A stretch of 63,054 nucleotides of DNA, filler included, from Octopus bimaculoides (GCF_001194135.2; 8 parts of 7 records of this genome joined end to end with filler, not necessarily neighbours in it); one strand, 5' to 3'. Shown: positions 37,961 through 51,247, counted from the first letter of the whole stretch. Notes: generated from the letters alone by a model not told the origin. Translations and numbers: made by a program.

Positions 37961-38164
37961 TTTGGCTCCTTTCAGTTTCTATCTGCAAAATCCACTCAGA
38001 ACGCTTTGGTAGGCCCCAGAATGCCTAACAACAACAGTAATTTCTGATTCAGTTACAAGGCCAGCTACTTTCAGGAACGGTGTTTGTTGATACCATTAAT
38101 CCAGTTCTTTATTTTATTGACCCAGTTTTTATAGAGCTGAATAGAGCTTGATAGAATTTGATAA

Positions 38165-38365
38165 GACATGTAAAAGGCACCACTGCTGGTGACCCATAAA
38201 AGACACCCACTACAATCTTTGAATGTTTGGAATTAGGATGGGCATCCAGCTGTAGAAACCAGGCTACACCAGACTGCAGCCTGGTACAGCTCTCTGGTAT
38301 ACCAGTTCCAGTCAAACCATCTAACCCATGCCAGCTTGGAAAATGGACGCTAAATGATGATGATG
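38165..38365 (+). mobile_element. RTE-type 3' tail with (GAT)n end
   Basis: GGGCATCCAGCTGTAGAAACC...AACCCATGCCAGCTTGGAAAATGGACGCTAAATGATGATGATG. Confidence 0.65.
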
Positions 38366-38399
38366 AAGAAGCTGATTAATTTCGCATCTTTTACTTTAT

Positions 38400-38606
38400 G
38401 GTTTCTGACCAGGAAATTTTGAGAGTGGGGTTTAGTCTATCCTGTTCACCCCAGTACATGACTGGTACTTTATTATATTGATCTCGAAAGAAAAAAACTG
38501 TAAAGCTGTCTTCAGTGGGATTTGAACTCAAAACATAAAGAGCCAAAATAAAATACCACGAAAGCAGGTTTTCTGACTCTCCTACAACCCTGAGATCTCA
38601 CCACCC
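38400..38606 (-). mobile_element. SINE family A (diverged)
   Basis: CACCCCAGTACATGACTGGTACTTTATT...GGGATTTGAACTCA. Confidence 0.65.
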
Positions 38607-41600
38607 ACAGATGCCAATTCTAATAGGAAAAGAAAATGGAAATCTGTATGGTCGTGGGTGGAATGATTTTGATCAAAATTTTGTTTTATCAGGCTTCACT
38701 TAAAACTAAACAAAAACAAAGACAAAAAGAGCAGCAGCAGGTGCAACAATAACAACAACAACAGTAGTATTTAAGCCTTCCAGGAGAATTAGTCTATCTG
38801 CTTTACTTTAAGTCCTGAATCCACATACAGTTTGGCAGCAAAGAAGAATTTGCACTTCAACTGTATTGTTTATTTTCTTCTCAGCCTTGCACTTAACGGC
38901 ACACATGCATGTACCTTTCTTCGATGCCTGGCCTTGCACACACACATGCAACCCTATTATTCTTCAACTGCCTTATTTTCTGCACGTGTCTGCCAGCTCA
39001 ACTCTTTTCCCGACTCGATGCATGTCAGATGTTCACATCCTCTGCGCTCGTGTTTAGACATACTTTCCCTCTGTTAGACCCCTGTTTGGTCACATAATGA
39101 ATAGAGAAAATTACCTGTCTCACATATCACTCTAGCATGCTACACAATCATTCTTGCTAACCTCAGCAATTACTCACGACAACAGCACCAGACACACATC
39201 ACTTCTGAAAAACTTTCAAGGCATTTCACACTGCAATCCTGCAGGAAGATCTACGATATCATAGATTAAGAATACACTCACTCACTCACCTGAGCTTATT
39301 TTACAGTGAATTTTGATGCGTGCACCTGCACTCGTGTATACGACCTCACACACACGCACTAACTCATTTTCTGTACTGCCCAGTCACGCAAAGCGACACC
39401 ACTATTTAGACTTATATGAATAGAAAATTGTCCCGTTTCCACTTCAGTGATCCTCTCTCCTGGTGTGCAAAATTTCTCCTCAACCATGTATTTCTTTCTC
39501 TTCCTCAATCAATCATCCCCTTTTCATGGAACCTCTCTGGCGGTGGGAGTGATGTAGTAGCTTTCTGCAGGCATGACGTGGATTCGATCCTCGGTCGCCA
39601 AATTTCAACAGCACTTTTCTCACGGTAAAATAATAGTTTTTCTGTGAATGACAGCAGTTACATCTACCAATTGCCTTCACTAAGCAGAATAATGTCTTTG
39701 CCACTTGACCCTTCTAACTTCTAGGACATCAAAAGTTAGAATTGAGATAACAGGTACACCAATGAAATCTATTGTTTTCAACATGTTTACCTTTCTAACT
39801 GATTTTGCATAGTTATAAATACTAGAATTTGCTATGTCAAAATCAGTTAGTGTGAGCAACAGTTAGTGAGAACCGAGCTGGCTGACCAGCTGAACAAAAT
39901 GCTGTTGCTGAAGAAAAAAGCACAGAGAGACAACTATAGTAATTTACCTAAGAAGCAGCTGTTTCGTCCACTAGCTCACTTTCTTTTCTCTACAACATTA
40001 CCCTATTTCTATCTGTGGTTTACTATGACGCGAACACAAACTATACCAGTAAAATCTATGATATCTCTCTTTACCTCACATGTTTTATATATATTATACC
40101 ACCTCATCTAAAAGGAATTACTGCCTTTCTGCTACTCCAGGTTCCATTACGTCATGACATATATTGGTGACCCCAAGTTAAAAAATTACAGCCTTCGCAT
40201 GAACAGTTGTCACATCCATCGATTACAACTGGTGACCATTGACTCCACCTATCCATACCATTACCTACTTATCTCCCCCTGAATTTTTATTTACTTTTTT
40301 TACAACCCTAAACTGTACAATTACCCTAAACTTCTTTTGTTGAAATTTATGTGCAATAAATTGGTTACACTTCTCCAATACACAAAATATTTTAACAATT
40401 CTTCTATACGATTCCCAGCAATATTTCTTTATGAGAGTATAATACGACTTTTTCAAACATTGAATGGTTATGTGGGTTCACCTATATAAATTAGGAACCA
40501 AAAGGGTCCAAAGTTAAAAGAAAAGGGATCGAGAGGCGATAGACCTGACTCTTTCCATATTTTCTTTCACAATGTACACCTCCATCGCTGCCTTTTGAGG
40601 CCACTCAAAAGGCAGCGATCATTTTCCTTCACAAATCACAACAAAGTGTCCGTGCTGAATGCCTACACAACAGTTATGCCGATATTGTATTAATATTTAA
40701 TATGAGATTATATATATATATAATCAAGATATGCTCCGAAATAAAGCTGGATGTACTTTGCCACAGAACAAAATTACAACGTTATAAGCGGCAGGGGGTT
40801 GAAAAAAGGGATTCGAACAAGAGTTGTTGAACTTAGAAATAGATGCACGCACGTGGAGTGTGTGTCTATTTTATTTACCTCACGATATTGGAACGTTTCA
40901 ATTAACTACTACAACACACAGCTATAATAATATCATTTATAAAATAATTAAATCAATTTAAGTAATACGCTAATTAACAATCTTTTTTTTTTTAAATTTT
41001 ATTTCAAGCTGTATATACAAAATAATACAACTCCATACACGGAAAAATTACACAACTATCTATGACTTTGTATTTCATTTTGCTCAGAAATATTCTTTAA
41101 AAGAAATTCGTTGTTGAAAGGTGAGTTCATTGATAACATTTTAATTATTATTGACTACATATTTCGTTTGTGTATGATGACAAAAATTTTGGAAGAAGAC
41201 GAAAAGCTGAAGGAAAAATCAAGAAATTATTAATTGTATGCCTTCCATCGGATAAACTGAGAAAATAAATAACAACGGGAACAACTGAGTAATGTAGACG
41301 GTGCAGAGACTGATATTTCTGTCGACCGATCAGTAGACAATTTGGTGGACATTGGAATTAGACACTGAGGGAAAATGGCTGTAACTTTTTTATTTTTTAA
41401 TTTTGGCGATTTTCGTTTTCGATAATATGTTCTATATGTCACGGTCATGCCATTCCCCCTAAAAATAATTTTGGACCCTCCACCCCTTCCCTACACCCTC
41501 CACCCCACACTTGATATGCTAGAAATAACAGCTAAACGCGGACAATCCAAATCTTGCATTGGTCCAGATGGACTATATGTAATCTGAATCTTTCCCCCCC

Positions 41601-41819
41601 TTATTTATTATTTTTTTTTACGGNNNNNNNNNNNNNNNNNNNNNNNNNNNNNNNNNNNNNNNNNNNNTTAATTAATTAANNNNNNNNNNNNNNNNNNNNN
41701 NNNNNNNNNNNNNNNNNNNNNNNATAGATACATACATACATACATACACATATATACATAACATACATATGTACGCACACATGCACACACATACACAAAC
41801 AAACATAACTCTTTAGTTT

Positions 41820-41965
41820 ATACTTTACGTTTTAAGTTCGAATTTCGCCGTTATGGGTTCGAATTATCGGGGTCGATAAATTAACTACTAGTGAAACACT
41901 GGGGTCGATGTAATCGACTATTCCCTCCTCCAAATTTCAGGCCTTTAGTAGAAAGGATTATTTTT
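41820..41965 (+). mobile_element. SINE family A 3' part
   Basis: CGGGGTCGATAAATTAA..ACTGGGGTCGATGTAATCGAC..AAATTTCAGGCCT..GTAGAAAGGATTATT. Confidence 0.8.
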
Positions 41966-42321
41966 AGTTTATACGTCTGTCAAAGTCCTTTCGTCACACA
42001 TAATGTGACCTAATCAGTGACTCTCTGTCCCACGTGTTTTCTCTTGTCCTGTTTATTCCATTTTCATGCTTATTCCCTTTAATTTGATGTTCAGCTTATA
42101 ATGTACAGTGAAGATTAATTACTTCTACACCTGAAAAGATAAAAAGAAGACAACTATGTTAGCTTCCTGCTAAAAGACAGGAAATGGCGTGGTGAGTGAA
42201 TGAAACAACAACAATATACTAATGATTTCATTTTGAATCAGTTACTAAACGTAAGAAGTTTTCCATTATTGACTTTAATCAGTGTGTGGCTAGTTGCACA
42301 GAGACGGCACCTGGATACGTG

Positions 42322-42382
42322 GGAGTAAAATGATTTCGTTGGAGTAAAATGATTTCGTTGGAGTAAAATGATTTCGTTGGAG
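42322..42382. repeat. 19-bp tandem repeat x3.2 (GGAGTAAAATGATTTCGTT)
   Basis: Three perfect adjacent units with no spacers. Confidence 0.95.
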
Positions 42383-43318
42383 CACAGATTGGTTTTATCC
42401 TGTCCAAACAAAATATCACCGGTTTGAATGTTGATTTCTCTTTCAGAGACCCCAGCCCACCCCACCACCACCACATTCAGTACCTACTTCAATCTGAACA
42501 CATAATTATAAAATCTCATTTTGTTGCTTCACGTAATTGTTGCTACTGTTATTGTTATTGTTGTTGTTGTCGTCGTTGTTATTATTGCTGTCGTAATTGT
42601 TGTTGTTGTGACTCAGGTTACACCTGAGTGGCATTATGCTCAAAAGTGTTCGAGCTATGATTATCATATCCTTCCTAGAGTATGGTGCATCGAGGACTAT
42701 ATTATTTAATGTATCCTGTATTTTCAAGACACGCAGTACAGTTTTTTTTATTTGACTTAAAACTTAATTAGTTTCTCTAAAACATAATGAAATTATGAAA
42801 TATATTTGCCGTTCAAATGTATGGAATATTTCGTTAAAATTTTCAGTATAAGATGTCCTACATTGGGAAATTGTCTTTTATTTAATTCATTTTTTTCCGG
42901 TTAACAAATGTTTTAACCGCTTTTTAAATTAAATATACATGCACTGAAACTTTAATTCCTCGATACCGATTTCAAATTGATAATTGGAGTTCTTTGGAAC
43001 TTCTAAGAATAATCATTAAATTTATATGTCTCAAGCCATTAAGCTGTTGTTAAGTGGGAGTTAGCTCTAATGAAACTATGGTGTGTATGTAGCCGGCTGA
43101 AACAGACGGGGTGATCTGCTGGACAATGACAGATTTGTTGAATATGCCAAAAATGACGACTCACTGTTGATTTTATTTCATGAAGACAAATTACAAATAT
43201 AATAAAAATGATGAGATAATAATTAAAAAAAATGCAATACTAGCAAATAATACAAACAATATACACGCTATCATAATATATATTCACAACCATAATATAC
43301 ACACAAACAATCTTTTGT

Positions 43319-43693
43319 CTTTTATCCTTTACTTCTTTCAGTCATTTGACTGGGGCACCGCCTTGAATAATTTTTAGTTGAATGAATCGTTCGTAATATT
43401 TATTTTTTTAAACCTGATATTTATTCTACTGATCTCTTCTTTCCAAGCTGCTAAATTACGGGGACATAAACATACCAACACCACTTGTCAAGCGGTGGTG
43501 GTGGGATAAACACACGCACACACACAAATACGACGGGCTTCTTTCAGTTTCTGTCAACCAAACCTACTCACAAGGCATTGTCGGCCCAAGACTACAGTAG
43601 AAGAAACTTGCCCAAGGAGACACGCAATAGGACTGAATCCGGAAGCATATGATTAAGAAGCAAGTTTCTTATCACACAGCCCCGCCTGCGCCT
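43319..43693 (-). mobile_element. SINE family B
   Basis: Reverse-complement match to 45225-45609 along its length. Confidence 0.85.
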
Positions 43694-43734
43694 ATATAGA
43701 CAATCATAGCATAAACATATGAAGGTGACTTCAG

Positions 43735-44060
43735 TCGTTTGACAATGAGGCTTCGGTTGTTCGATCAATTAAATTATCTGCTCTTGGAGTACCATGTAAG
43801 TAGCAGAGCATTCTATAGACACGTGTACCTTTAACATATGTTTCTAGTCCAAGCGAAGCATCACCAGTTTGAATCAGCATAACAGTATGTGAAAAAGCTG
43901 TACCTTTTGAATTACAGGCAAAATCCAACTGATAGCCTTCTGTATAGTTCCTGTCTACCTAAGTTAACCTACAAGGTTAAGTGTGATATCATACATTTAC
44001 CGAAGATACCACGTATCTCATGATCATGGAACAAACTTCTTAACTATTCGGCCAAACTAT
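43735..44060 (-). mobile_element. Diverged SINE family D
   Basis: Reverse complement TGCCTGTAATTCAAAAGG...GTTAAAGGTACACGTGTC...ATTGATCGAAC matches 37724-37865. Confidence 0.7.
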
Positions 44061-45224
44061 ACCTACACACACATAATTCTACTATATTGTTTGTTTCTTT
44101 AGGTTAACCCTCCTTCATTGGAACTTTGATCAAAGGCGTTACAGCCGCGACCATCCTGTTTATTCCCACTCCCATTTATGCACGCTGTTGTGAAAGAGTA
44201 TGTCTTTTCATTATGAAGATGTCAGTGCGTTTCTAATATGTTTCTGCTGTTTCTAGTGGGCTGATCGATGACGTGAAGGCTCCTTCATTTGCTCATATAA
44301 TTCACCGTTATAATCACTGACCCCACCCGCAGACACCCACTCAGATATACACACTGACACCATCCATATCTAAACACATGCAGATATTTGTATAGACTAT
44401 TTATACTTATGTCAACAGAGAACATAATTTTTTAATTTTATTCCATAACTTAATGATATTTATTTTTCTATTTTAATTTAATTCATAAATTTATTCCTAC
44501 TTTTATTATTCTGATGTTTCAAATACATCTATTTTATAGTATTACTTTACCTTGTGTTCGAATACTTGGAACAGTAATGTCACAAATATCAGCTGGTGGC
44601 CCTTAACCAGACACGACAATTTAAGTCAAATGCAAAAGATTATAAACATTTAAAATTTATTCGCACACACGCGTGCACACACACGCACATACATGAATGT
44701 ATAAATATGAATCAAATTGTTAATATACACACCCACACATCTAAAGACAGATACAAGCACACACAGGTACAGAGATAGGCTTCAGATGTGCATTAATGTA
44801 TGTATGTATATGTGTGTGTGTCTTAGTTTATGTATGTAACTTCCCCAACAGTGAAACGCGCCGATATTGTAAGTTTACTCGTGGCCTGGACTTTAAACGA
44901 ACAACAACGTTCACTTTTAAGTACTACCAACATGAAGATTTGGCTGATTTAACACCACTCACAAAACTCGCAAATATATCTGTAAAAAATGTTATTCTGG
45001 TCATAACAAATTCAGAAACTTGGCGAAGTAGAAAGCCTCAGCGGCTTTTTCAATATAGTTACAGAAACGTTATTCCACTCCTTCTAACCAGTTTCAAGAT
45101 AATGTTTTTTTTTTAACAGTCCTTGTATTCCTCCTATACTTCTTCATCACTGTGAGTATCAACGCCACACAACCTTTTTACTGCTTTAGTCAGTATTTAT
45201 TCTACGTTACACAGTTAAAAATAT

Positions 45225-45609
45225 TGTGTGGAAAGTAGCTTGCTTGCCAACCACATGGTTCTGGGTTCAGTCCCACTGCGTGGCACCTTGGGCAAGTGTC
45301 TTCTACTATAGCCTCGCGCCGACCAAAGCCTTGTGAGTGGATTTGGTAGACGGAAACTGAAAGAAGCCCGTCGTACATATGTATATATATATATATGTAT
45401 GTGTTTGTCCCCCCCAACATTGCTTGACAACCGATGCTGGTATGTTTACGTCCCCGTAACTTAGCGGTTCGGCAAAAAGAGACCGATAGAATAAGTACTA
45501 GGCTTCCAAAGAATAAGTCCTGGGGTCGATTTGCTCGACTAAAGGCGGTGCTCCAGCATGGCCGCTGTCAAATGACTGAAACAAGTAAAAGAGTAAAAGA
45601 GTAAAGAGT
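45225..45609 (+). mobile_element. Near-complete SINE family B
   Basis: B box GGGTTCAGTCCC, internal microsatellite, tail GACTGAAACAAGTAAAAGAGTAAAAGAG. Confidence 0.9.
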
Positions 45610-45639
45610 AATGTCAAATTAATTTATATCTTGCTAAAT

Positions 45640-45738
45640 AGAATAGAAGTCATTTGACAACACCTTTTTGTTTGTAATTGACTATCCTGTTAAAATATTT
45701 GCTAAGAAATGTATGACATTTCTTAGCAAATATTTTAA
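45640..45738. repeat. 52-bp inverted copy of 46383-46434 joined to a perfect 23-bp palindrome
   Basis: 45640-45691 is the reverse complement of 46383-46434 (1 mismatch); arms 45690-45712 and 45716-45738 are a perfect inverted repeat with a 3-nt loop. Confidence 0.9.
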
Positions 45739-46164
45739 ATTAACGTTCACAACAACAGCGTCTTCCTTTCTATACACTTGGTTCAGCGTTCGTTTCAAAA
45801 TTGTAAAATAAATTATTTTTGGATGAAAAGTTGAATTATGCCTTCTGAATTTTCTTGTACTTTCACTTTCTTCACCGTGACATTCATTCAATCATGAACT
45901 TTATAACATTTAGTACATGTTCCAAATAAATGCTGGCTTTCCGTACTTTCTTACATTGGTAATGCATACTAACTTTCGCTAAATTGGTCACTTGCCATTT
46001 TGTTTTATAGCATAACTATGTTACAGAAAGTTTGTCTTACACCTATATTGACTACATTTAGTTTCGCTTGCACGTGTGTACGTTTTGCTGTTTTCAATAT
46101 TATTAATTCTATGACTGCGTGTGTGTTTCTGTATTCGTTACGCCTATAGTAAACTATAGTAAAG

Positions 46165-46432
46165 AACATTTTACGCTGTTTTATTGATCCTACATCTAAT
46201 GAAGTAGCTACCCTTATGGTTGGTGATCCCCATGAAAATCACGATATTCTCATTCGTGTTCCAGATAACAACCTTAAACGTGTTTCACAGACTCATCCCT
46301 CTTATGATGCTCTCCAGTATACTCTTATTCTGTGGAATGGACAAGATGGGTATCGTTTCAATGTTCCACGGATTGAACCTGCAACAGGATAGCCAATTAC
46401 AAACAAAAAGGTGTTGTCAAATGACTTCTATT
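46165..46432 (+). mobile_element. Helitron Rep fragment (left part)
   Basis: PTSNEVATLMVGDPHENHDILIRVPDNNLKRVSQTHPSYDALQYTLILWNGQDGY...TG*PITNKKVLSNDFY. Confidence 0.88.
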
Positions 46433-48105
46433 CTTTATTTCATAAAGGCCTCATAAAGAAAAAAGGGAAGCTGCGGGCTGGACATAGACATAATGTTATG
46501 TAAATGAAAAAATGATGATTAATGAATAAATGAGGGAAACAAGCAGCGCCCGCCGACTGTCTGATCCCCGAAAACATTGTTCTCTTAAATATGAGGCAAC
46601 AAGCCTCTTACTCTGATCATAATGTTCATTGATACAAAAAAGGAGGCATTACGCCTCTTACTTTGTTTAAACAAAATGAGGTCTCAAACCCCTCCTCAAT
46701 TCATAACATTCAGGCTTTTCAACTTTTTATCCATATTAAAACAAAAGTATTTTTAATCCTCCTCGTCCGAACCCCCAATTAAATACTCTGCCGACTGCAG
46801 GCAAGACTGCATTGTCAGGTGGGGGTCNNNNNNNNNNNNNNNNNNNNNNNNNNNNNNNNNNNNNNNNNNNNNNNNNNNNNNNNNNNNNNNNNNNNNNNNN
46901 NNNNNNNNNNNNNNNNNNNNNNNNNNNNNNNNNNNNNNNNNNNNNNNNNNNNNNNNNNNNNNNNNNNNNNNNNNNNNNNNNNNNNNNNNNNNNNNNNNNN
47001 NNNNNNNNNNNNNNNNNNNNNNNNNNNNNNNNNNNNNNNNNNNNNNNNNNNNNNNNNNNNNNNNNNNNNNNNNNNNNNNNNNNNNNNNNNNNNNNNNNNN
47101 NNNNNNNNNNNNNNNNNNNNNNNNNNNNNNNNNNNNNNNNNNNNNNNNNNNNNNNNNNNNNNNNNNNNNNNNNNNNNNNNNNNNNNNNNNNNNNNNNNNN
47201 NNNNNNNNNNNNNNNNNNNNNNNNNNNNNNNNNNNNNNNNNNNNNNNNNNNNNNNNNNNNNNNNNNNNNNNNNNNNNNNNNNNNNNNNNNNNNNNNNNNN
47301 NNNNNNNNNNNNNNNNNNNNNNNNNNNNNNNNNNNNNNNNNNNNNNNNNNNNNNNNNNNNNNNNNNNNNNNNNNNNNNNNNNNNNNNNNNNNNNNNNNNN
47401 NNNNNNNNNNNNNNNNNNNNNNNNNNNNNNNNNNNNNNNNNNNNNNNNNNNNNNNNNNNNNNNNNNNNNNNNNNNNNNNNNNNNNNNNNNNNNNNNNNNN
47501 NNNNNNNNNNNNNNNNNNNNNNNNNNNNNNNNNNNNNNNNNNNNNNNNNNNNNNNNNNNNNNNNNNNNNNNNNNNNNNNNNNNNNNNNNNNNNNNNNNNN
47601 NNNNNNNNNNNNNNNNNNNNNNNNNNNNNNNNNNNNNNNNNNNNNNNNNNNNNNNNNNNNNNNNNNNNNNNNNNNNNNNNNNNNNNNNNNNNNNNNNNNN
47701 NNNNNNNNNNNNNNNNNNNNNNNNNNNNNNNNNNNNNNNNNNNNNNNNNNNNNNNNNATAACCAGATCCTTCGCTGATTGGGTCCATATGGTCAAAACAG
47801 CGCTTGACCCGATCCAATCAGCCACCGGTGTCCTTTTCACATTCAAGAGCGTGGCGTTACTGCCACCCAGGCCCCGGCGGATAGTATCTTATATCCAGTC
47901 CAGCCTTATCCCGGGTGGCAGCCTACATACCCAGGCTCTTATCAGCTTCCTCCGACAATATGTGGGGAGGAACAAAATATCCTGGCCCTCAAAGGCTCGC
48001 TTGCAAATTTGCAAGCTTCCTCGGGGGTGCCAAACAGCAACCACACCGCTGCATATTTGGCCCCCCCGAGATATGAATTTGATAGCTGGCAGATAATCTG
48101 CCATC
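46433..48105 (-). mobile_element. L1/Tx1-related insertion with 16-bp TSD, apparently ORF1 + 3'UTR only
   Basis: TSD TCAAATGACTTCTATT at 46417-46432 and 48106-48121. ORF1-like FGTPEEACKFASEPL/GQDILFLPTYCRRKLIRAWVCRLPPGI; ORF end ...AEYLIGGSDEED*; about 320 nt UTR ending AAATAAAG. Middle about 930 N. Confidence 0.7.
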
Positions 48106-48121
48106 TCAAATGACTTCTATT

Positions 48122-48190
48122 ATTACGAACTGATGTTAAGACCAGAACAATCAAATCAATTACACATGTTAAATAAACTTTATTTCCATG
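48122..48190 (+). mobile_element. Helitron Rep fragment (right part)
   Basis: Frame continues SNDFYYYELMLRPEQSNQLHML after the second TSD. Confidence 0.7.
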
Positions 48191-49969
48191 AAAATAGTTT
48201 CACACTTTCAATTTGAACCAAAATTACAAGGTGTTGCATTACGAGAGTGATGATGTGTAAATAATGAAAGTAATGTTTCTCCGAATTAGTCACATCTGCA
48301 TTATAATAAAGAAAGCTGCTTATTATCTATTTACCAAATAAACTGTTTTTGACTCAACAACTCTTTTCTACAACTAAAATAACCTCGGCAACTAGGTTGG
48401 GTCGCACAATTTTGAGATCATTTTCGGACAATATTTCGATTTGCTTCTAATGTTTCACTTTCGTCCGATGTTTCACACATGCGTAGAATTCTACTCAGAC
48501 AAACATTTATGAAAATGTACACATAAATATTGTATTAAAATAGGTCACAACTAAAAAATGCATTAAAAAACGTCCATATTTCTATATGTTATGACGAAAT
48601 ACAGTCACACACACACTCTCTCTCCCTCACGCACAAAAAAGATGTATGCATATGTATTTATGGGTGAAGGTAAAGGATACACACTCTCGGTGTTTAGGAT
48701 TAGGGTTAGGGTTACGCCGAAAATGGGTGGTGTGCGTAATCAGAGAGAGAGCGAGTGTGTGCCACTTACACATACATGCAAAAATATCATATATCACAAC
48801 ACACACCTTCACTCATTCTCTCTTTCTCTCTTTCTCTCTTTCTCTCTTTCTCTCTTTCTCTCTTTCTCTCTATCTCACACGTCTATTTCATATATACGCA
48901 CATCTTACAGTTTCTCTTCTCACTTCAAAGCAAATCTCGCCTTTTCCCTTTATCCTCTCTTTCAATTTCTGCACTCTTCAAAGCTTACAGAAATTAAAAT
49001 AATTTTACGGAAATTAACGAGCAATCATATGATCCTATATATGTCGAGTTGACAACTTTGCTTCTTCAAACAAAAGAATGCCATAAGATAACTTCCTTTG
49101 ACACACATACACACACTCTAGGTAAAACTTCTGTGCGAATTATGTTATTTTTTGCAGTTTGCACGCGCAAATTTACAGCTCAAATCCAATTGAAATGATC
49201 TTTTTCTATTGTGTAATTTGTGTTTGTGATGAGCGTATTTAAAAACCTGATCTTCGATATGAACTTAAAAGGAAGTTTTTTCAGAAATCCTGTCCTTTAC
49301 CTCTTCTTTCTAGCATGTCCGAGGTGACATTTCCATCTCACCTTATTTCTTTTCTTAAATTTCTTTCGATTCCTATGTTTGTGATACAGGAAATTAGGAT
49401 TTCACCCACAAAACAGGTTCTCAATATGTTTTTTCTCCCTCTACACACCAAATTCATTTTTTACTTGTTTCAAATTTTTAGTCTTGGTAATCCACGAAGA
49501 AAAAGAAAGAGTACGCGGTTTTTAAGAATTTTACCCATCACCTCAACACTTTCAAAGAGCTACACACTCCCAATGTTTCACTTTTAGCTCTTTGGAAAGC
49601 GGGGAAGTTTCTTCAGAGATAATGTCGTTTACCTATTTTTTCTAGCATGTCGGGTTTTCTGGTGGTGGTCTGGTATTTTTTAAGTCTACTATTTCAGTAG
49701 AATTCTACGCATATCAAGCAAAAGTGAAAGATTGGGATATTTTAGCTATTTGAAAGCTGGTAGATGTGATGGGAGGGTGAGGTGGGGAAGGGACATTGAG
49801 TGTTTCTCTAAGAAAAATTAAACTATAAAAGATATATACATATATATTTCCAGTTTCATAAGCTCAGATNNNNNNNNNNNNNNNNNNNNNNNNNNNNNNN
49901 NNNNNNNNNNNNNTTAATTAATTAANNNNNNNNNNNNNNNNNNNNNNNNNNNNNNNNNNNNNNNNNNNN

Positions 49970-50005
<36 letters not shown>

Positions 50006-50013
50006 TATGTGTG

Positions 50014-50055
<42 letters not shown>

Positions 50056-50507
50056 TGCAACATATATCTGTGTTAATAGTAGAAATATTTCCTCTGTTTA
50101 TCAAAACCACAGAGTATTTCTCTTTTAAGTGAGTCTTGGACTAAGCGTTTCAGGAAACGTATTTTTCGGAATAAATTTGAGAAATATTACTTTCTATTAA
50201 TATGAATGACATTTAATCACTGGGTATTCATGCATATATACATATTCAAATTGCATTTTTTATTTTTTTTATATAAAGGTATCCTCCCATACCAATATTT
50301 CGAAATCTTTTTTTTTGTGAGATGTTTTGCAAGATTATATTTACTAACAACGGGACAAAAATTATATAAATACGATCATCAGAATGATCTTGTGAACAGC
50401 TCGAATTCTCAGTAAAATGTCTTCCACGTTCCCTGCTATAAACACAGTTTCAATATACAGTCTTAATACGTTTGGCACCATGTCGTGCACTATCGAATTC
50501 CATCATG

Positions 50508-50560
<53 letters not shown>

Positions 50561-50974
50561 CCTCACAAAAACACGCGCGCAATCACGTACACACACACAC
50601 ACACACACATGCACATACATACATACATACACACAGACGCATATACCTAATGCGCATGCGTGTTTGTATTTGCGAGATGTAGCTTCCAGTTTTACGCTAA
50701 ATCAGAAATGTTCATAAAATATGTTATTTCTTTTATCATAATATAGTGCTATATAGTATATTAAAAGGCTGCATCATATTAAAACGGTTCATCATATTTC
50801 CGGTAGGAGGTTAAAAAATAGAGGGATAATACATATTTTAAGCAGTCGGCAATATTCTGAGATTGCCATACACTTTAGCATTCGTAAACGTTTCTCTTTC
50901 AGCCAGCATCTGGTGCAGACAAATTGGTTCAAAGAAGGCTTTATAGATAATTGCTTTGCGTATTTGTTTCCATT

Positions 50975-51206
50975 CTTGAAAGTAATACAAGACACACTTC
51001 TCAGGGAGATTCAGCGTCGCACAGAGTGAGTGTGACAAGGGTGGTTCTCTGAAATACAGATACTACTCATTTTCGCTTGCCAGCTGAGTGACCTGGAGCA
51101 ACGTGAAATAAAGTGTCTTGCTCAAGGACACAACGCGTCACTGGAAATTGAACTCACAACCTTATGATCGTGAGGCCAAATACCCTAAACAGTAAAGCCA
51201 CGCACC

Positions 51207-51210
<4 letters not shown>
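50975..51210 (-). mobile_element. tRNA-derived SINE family C
   Basis: Reverse complement TGAAGGTGCGTGGCTTTACTGTTTAGGG..GTGAGTTCAATTTCC..TTGTGTCCTTGAGCAAGACACTTTATTTCACGTTGCTCCAGGTCACTCAGCTGG. Confidence 0.85.

Positions 51211-51247
<37 letters not shown>

Noticed and set aside
39539-39600. tRNA-like stretch ending GGATTCGATCC..CGCCA
   Set aside because: Only 62 nt, no D arm or anticodon arm, weak acceptor stem; at most a decayed SINE head.
42322-42382. Possible CRISPR-like direct repeats
   Set aside because: The 19-bp units are contiguous with no spacers, there are no cas genes and the context is eukaryotic.
3253-49925. TTAATTAATTAA repeated seven times (3253, 9018, 19950, 31382, 36786, 41668, 49914)
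   Set aside because: Each copy sits in the middle of about 100 N and puts stops in all frames; it is an assembly gap linker, not biology.
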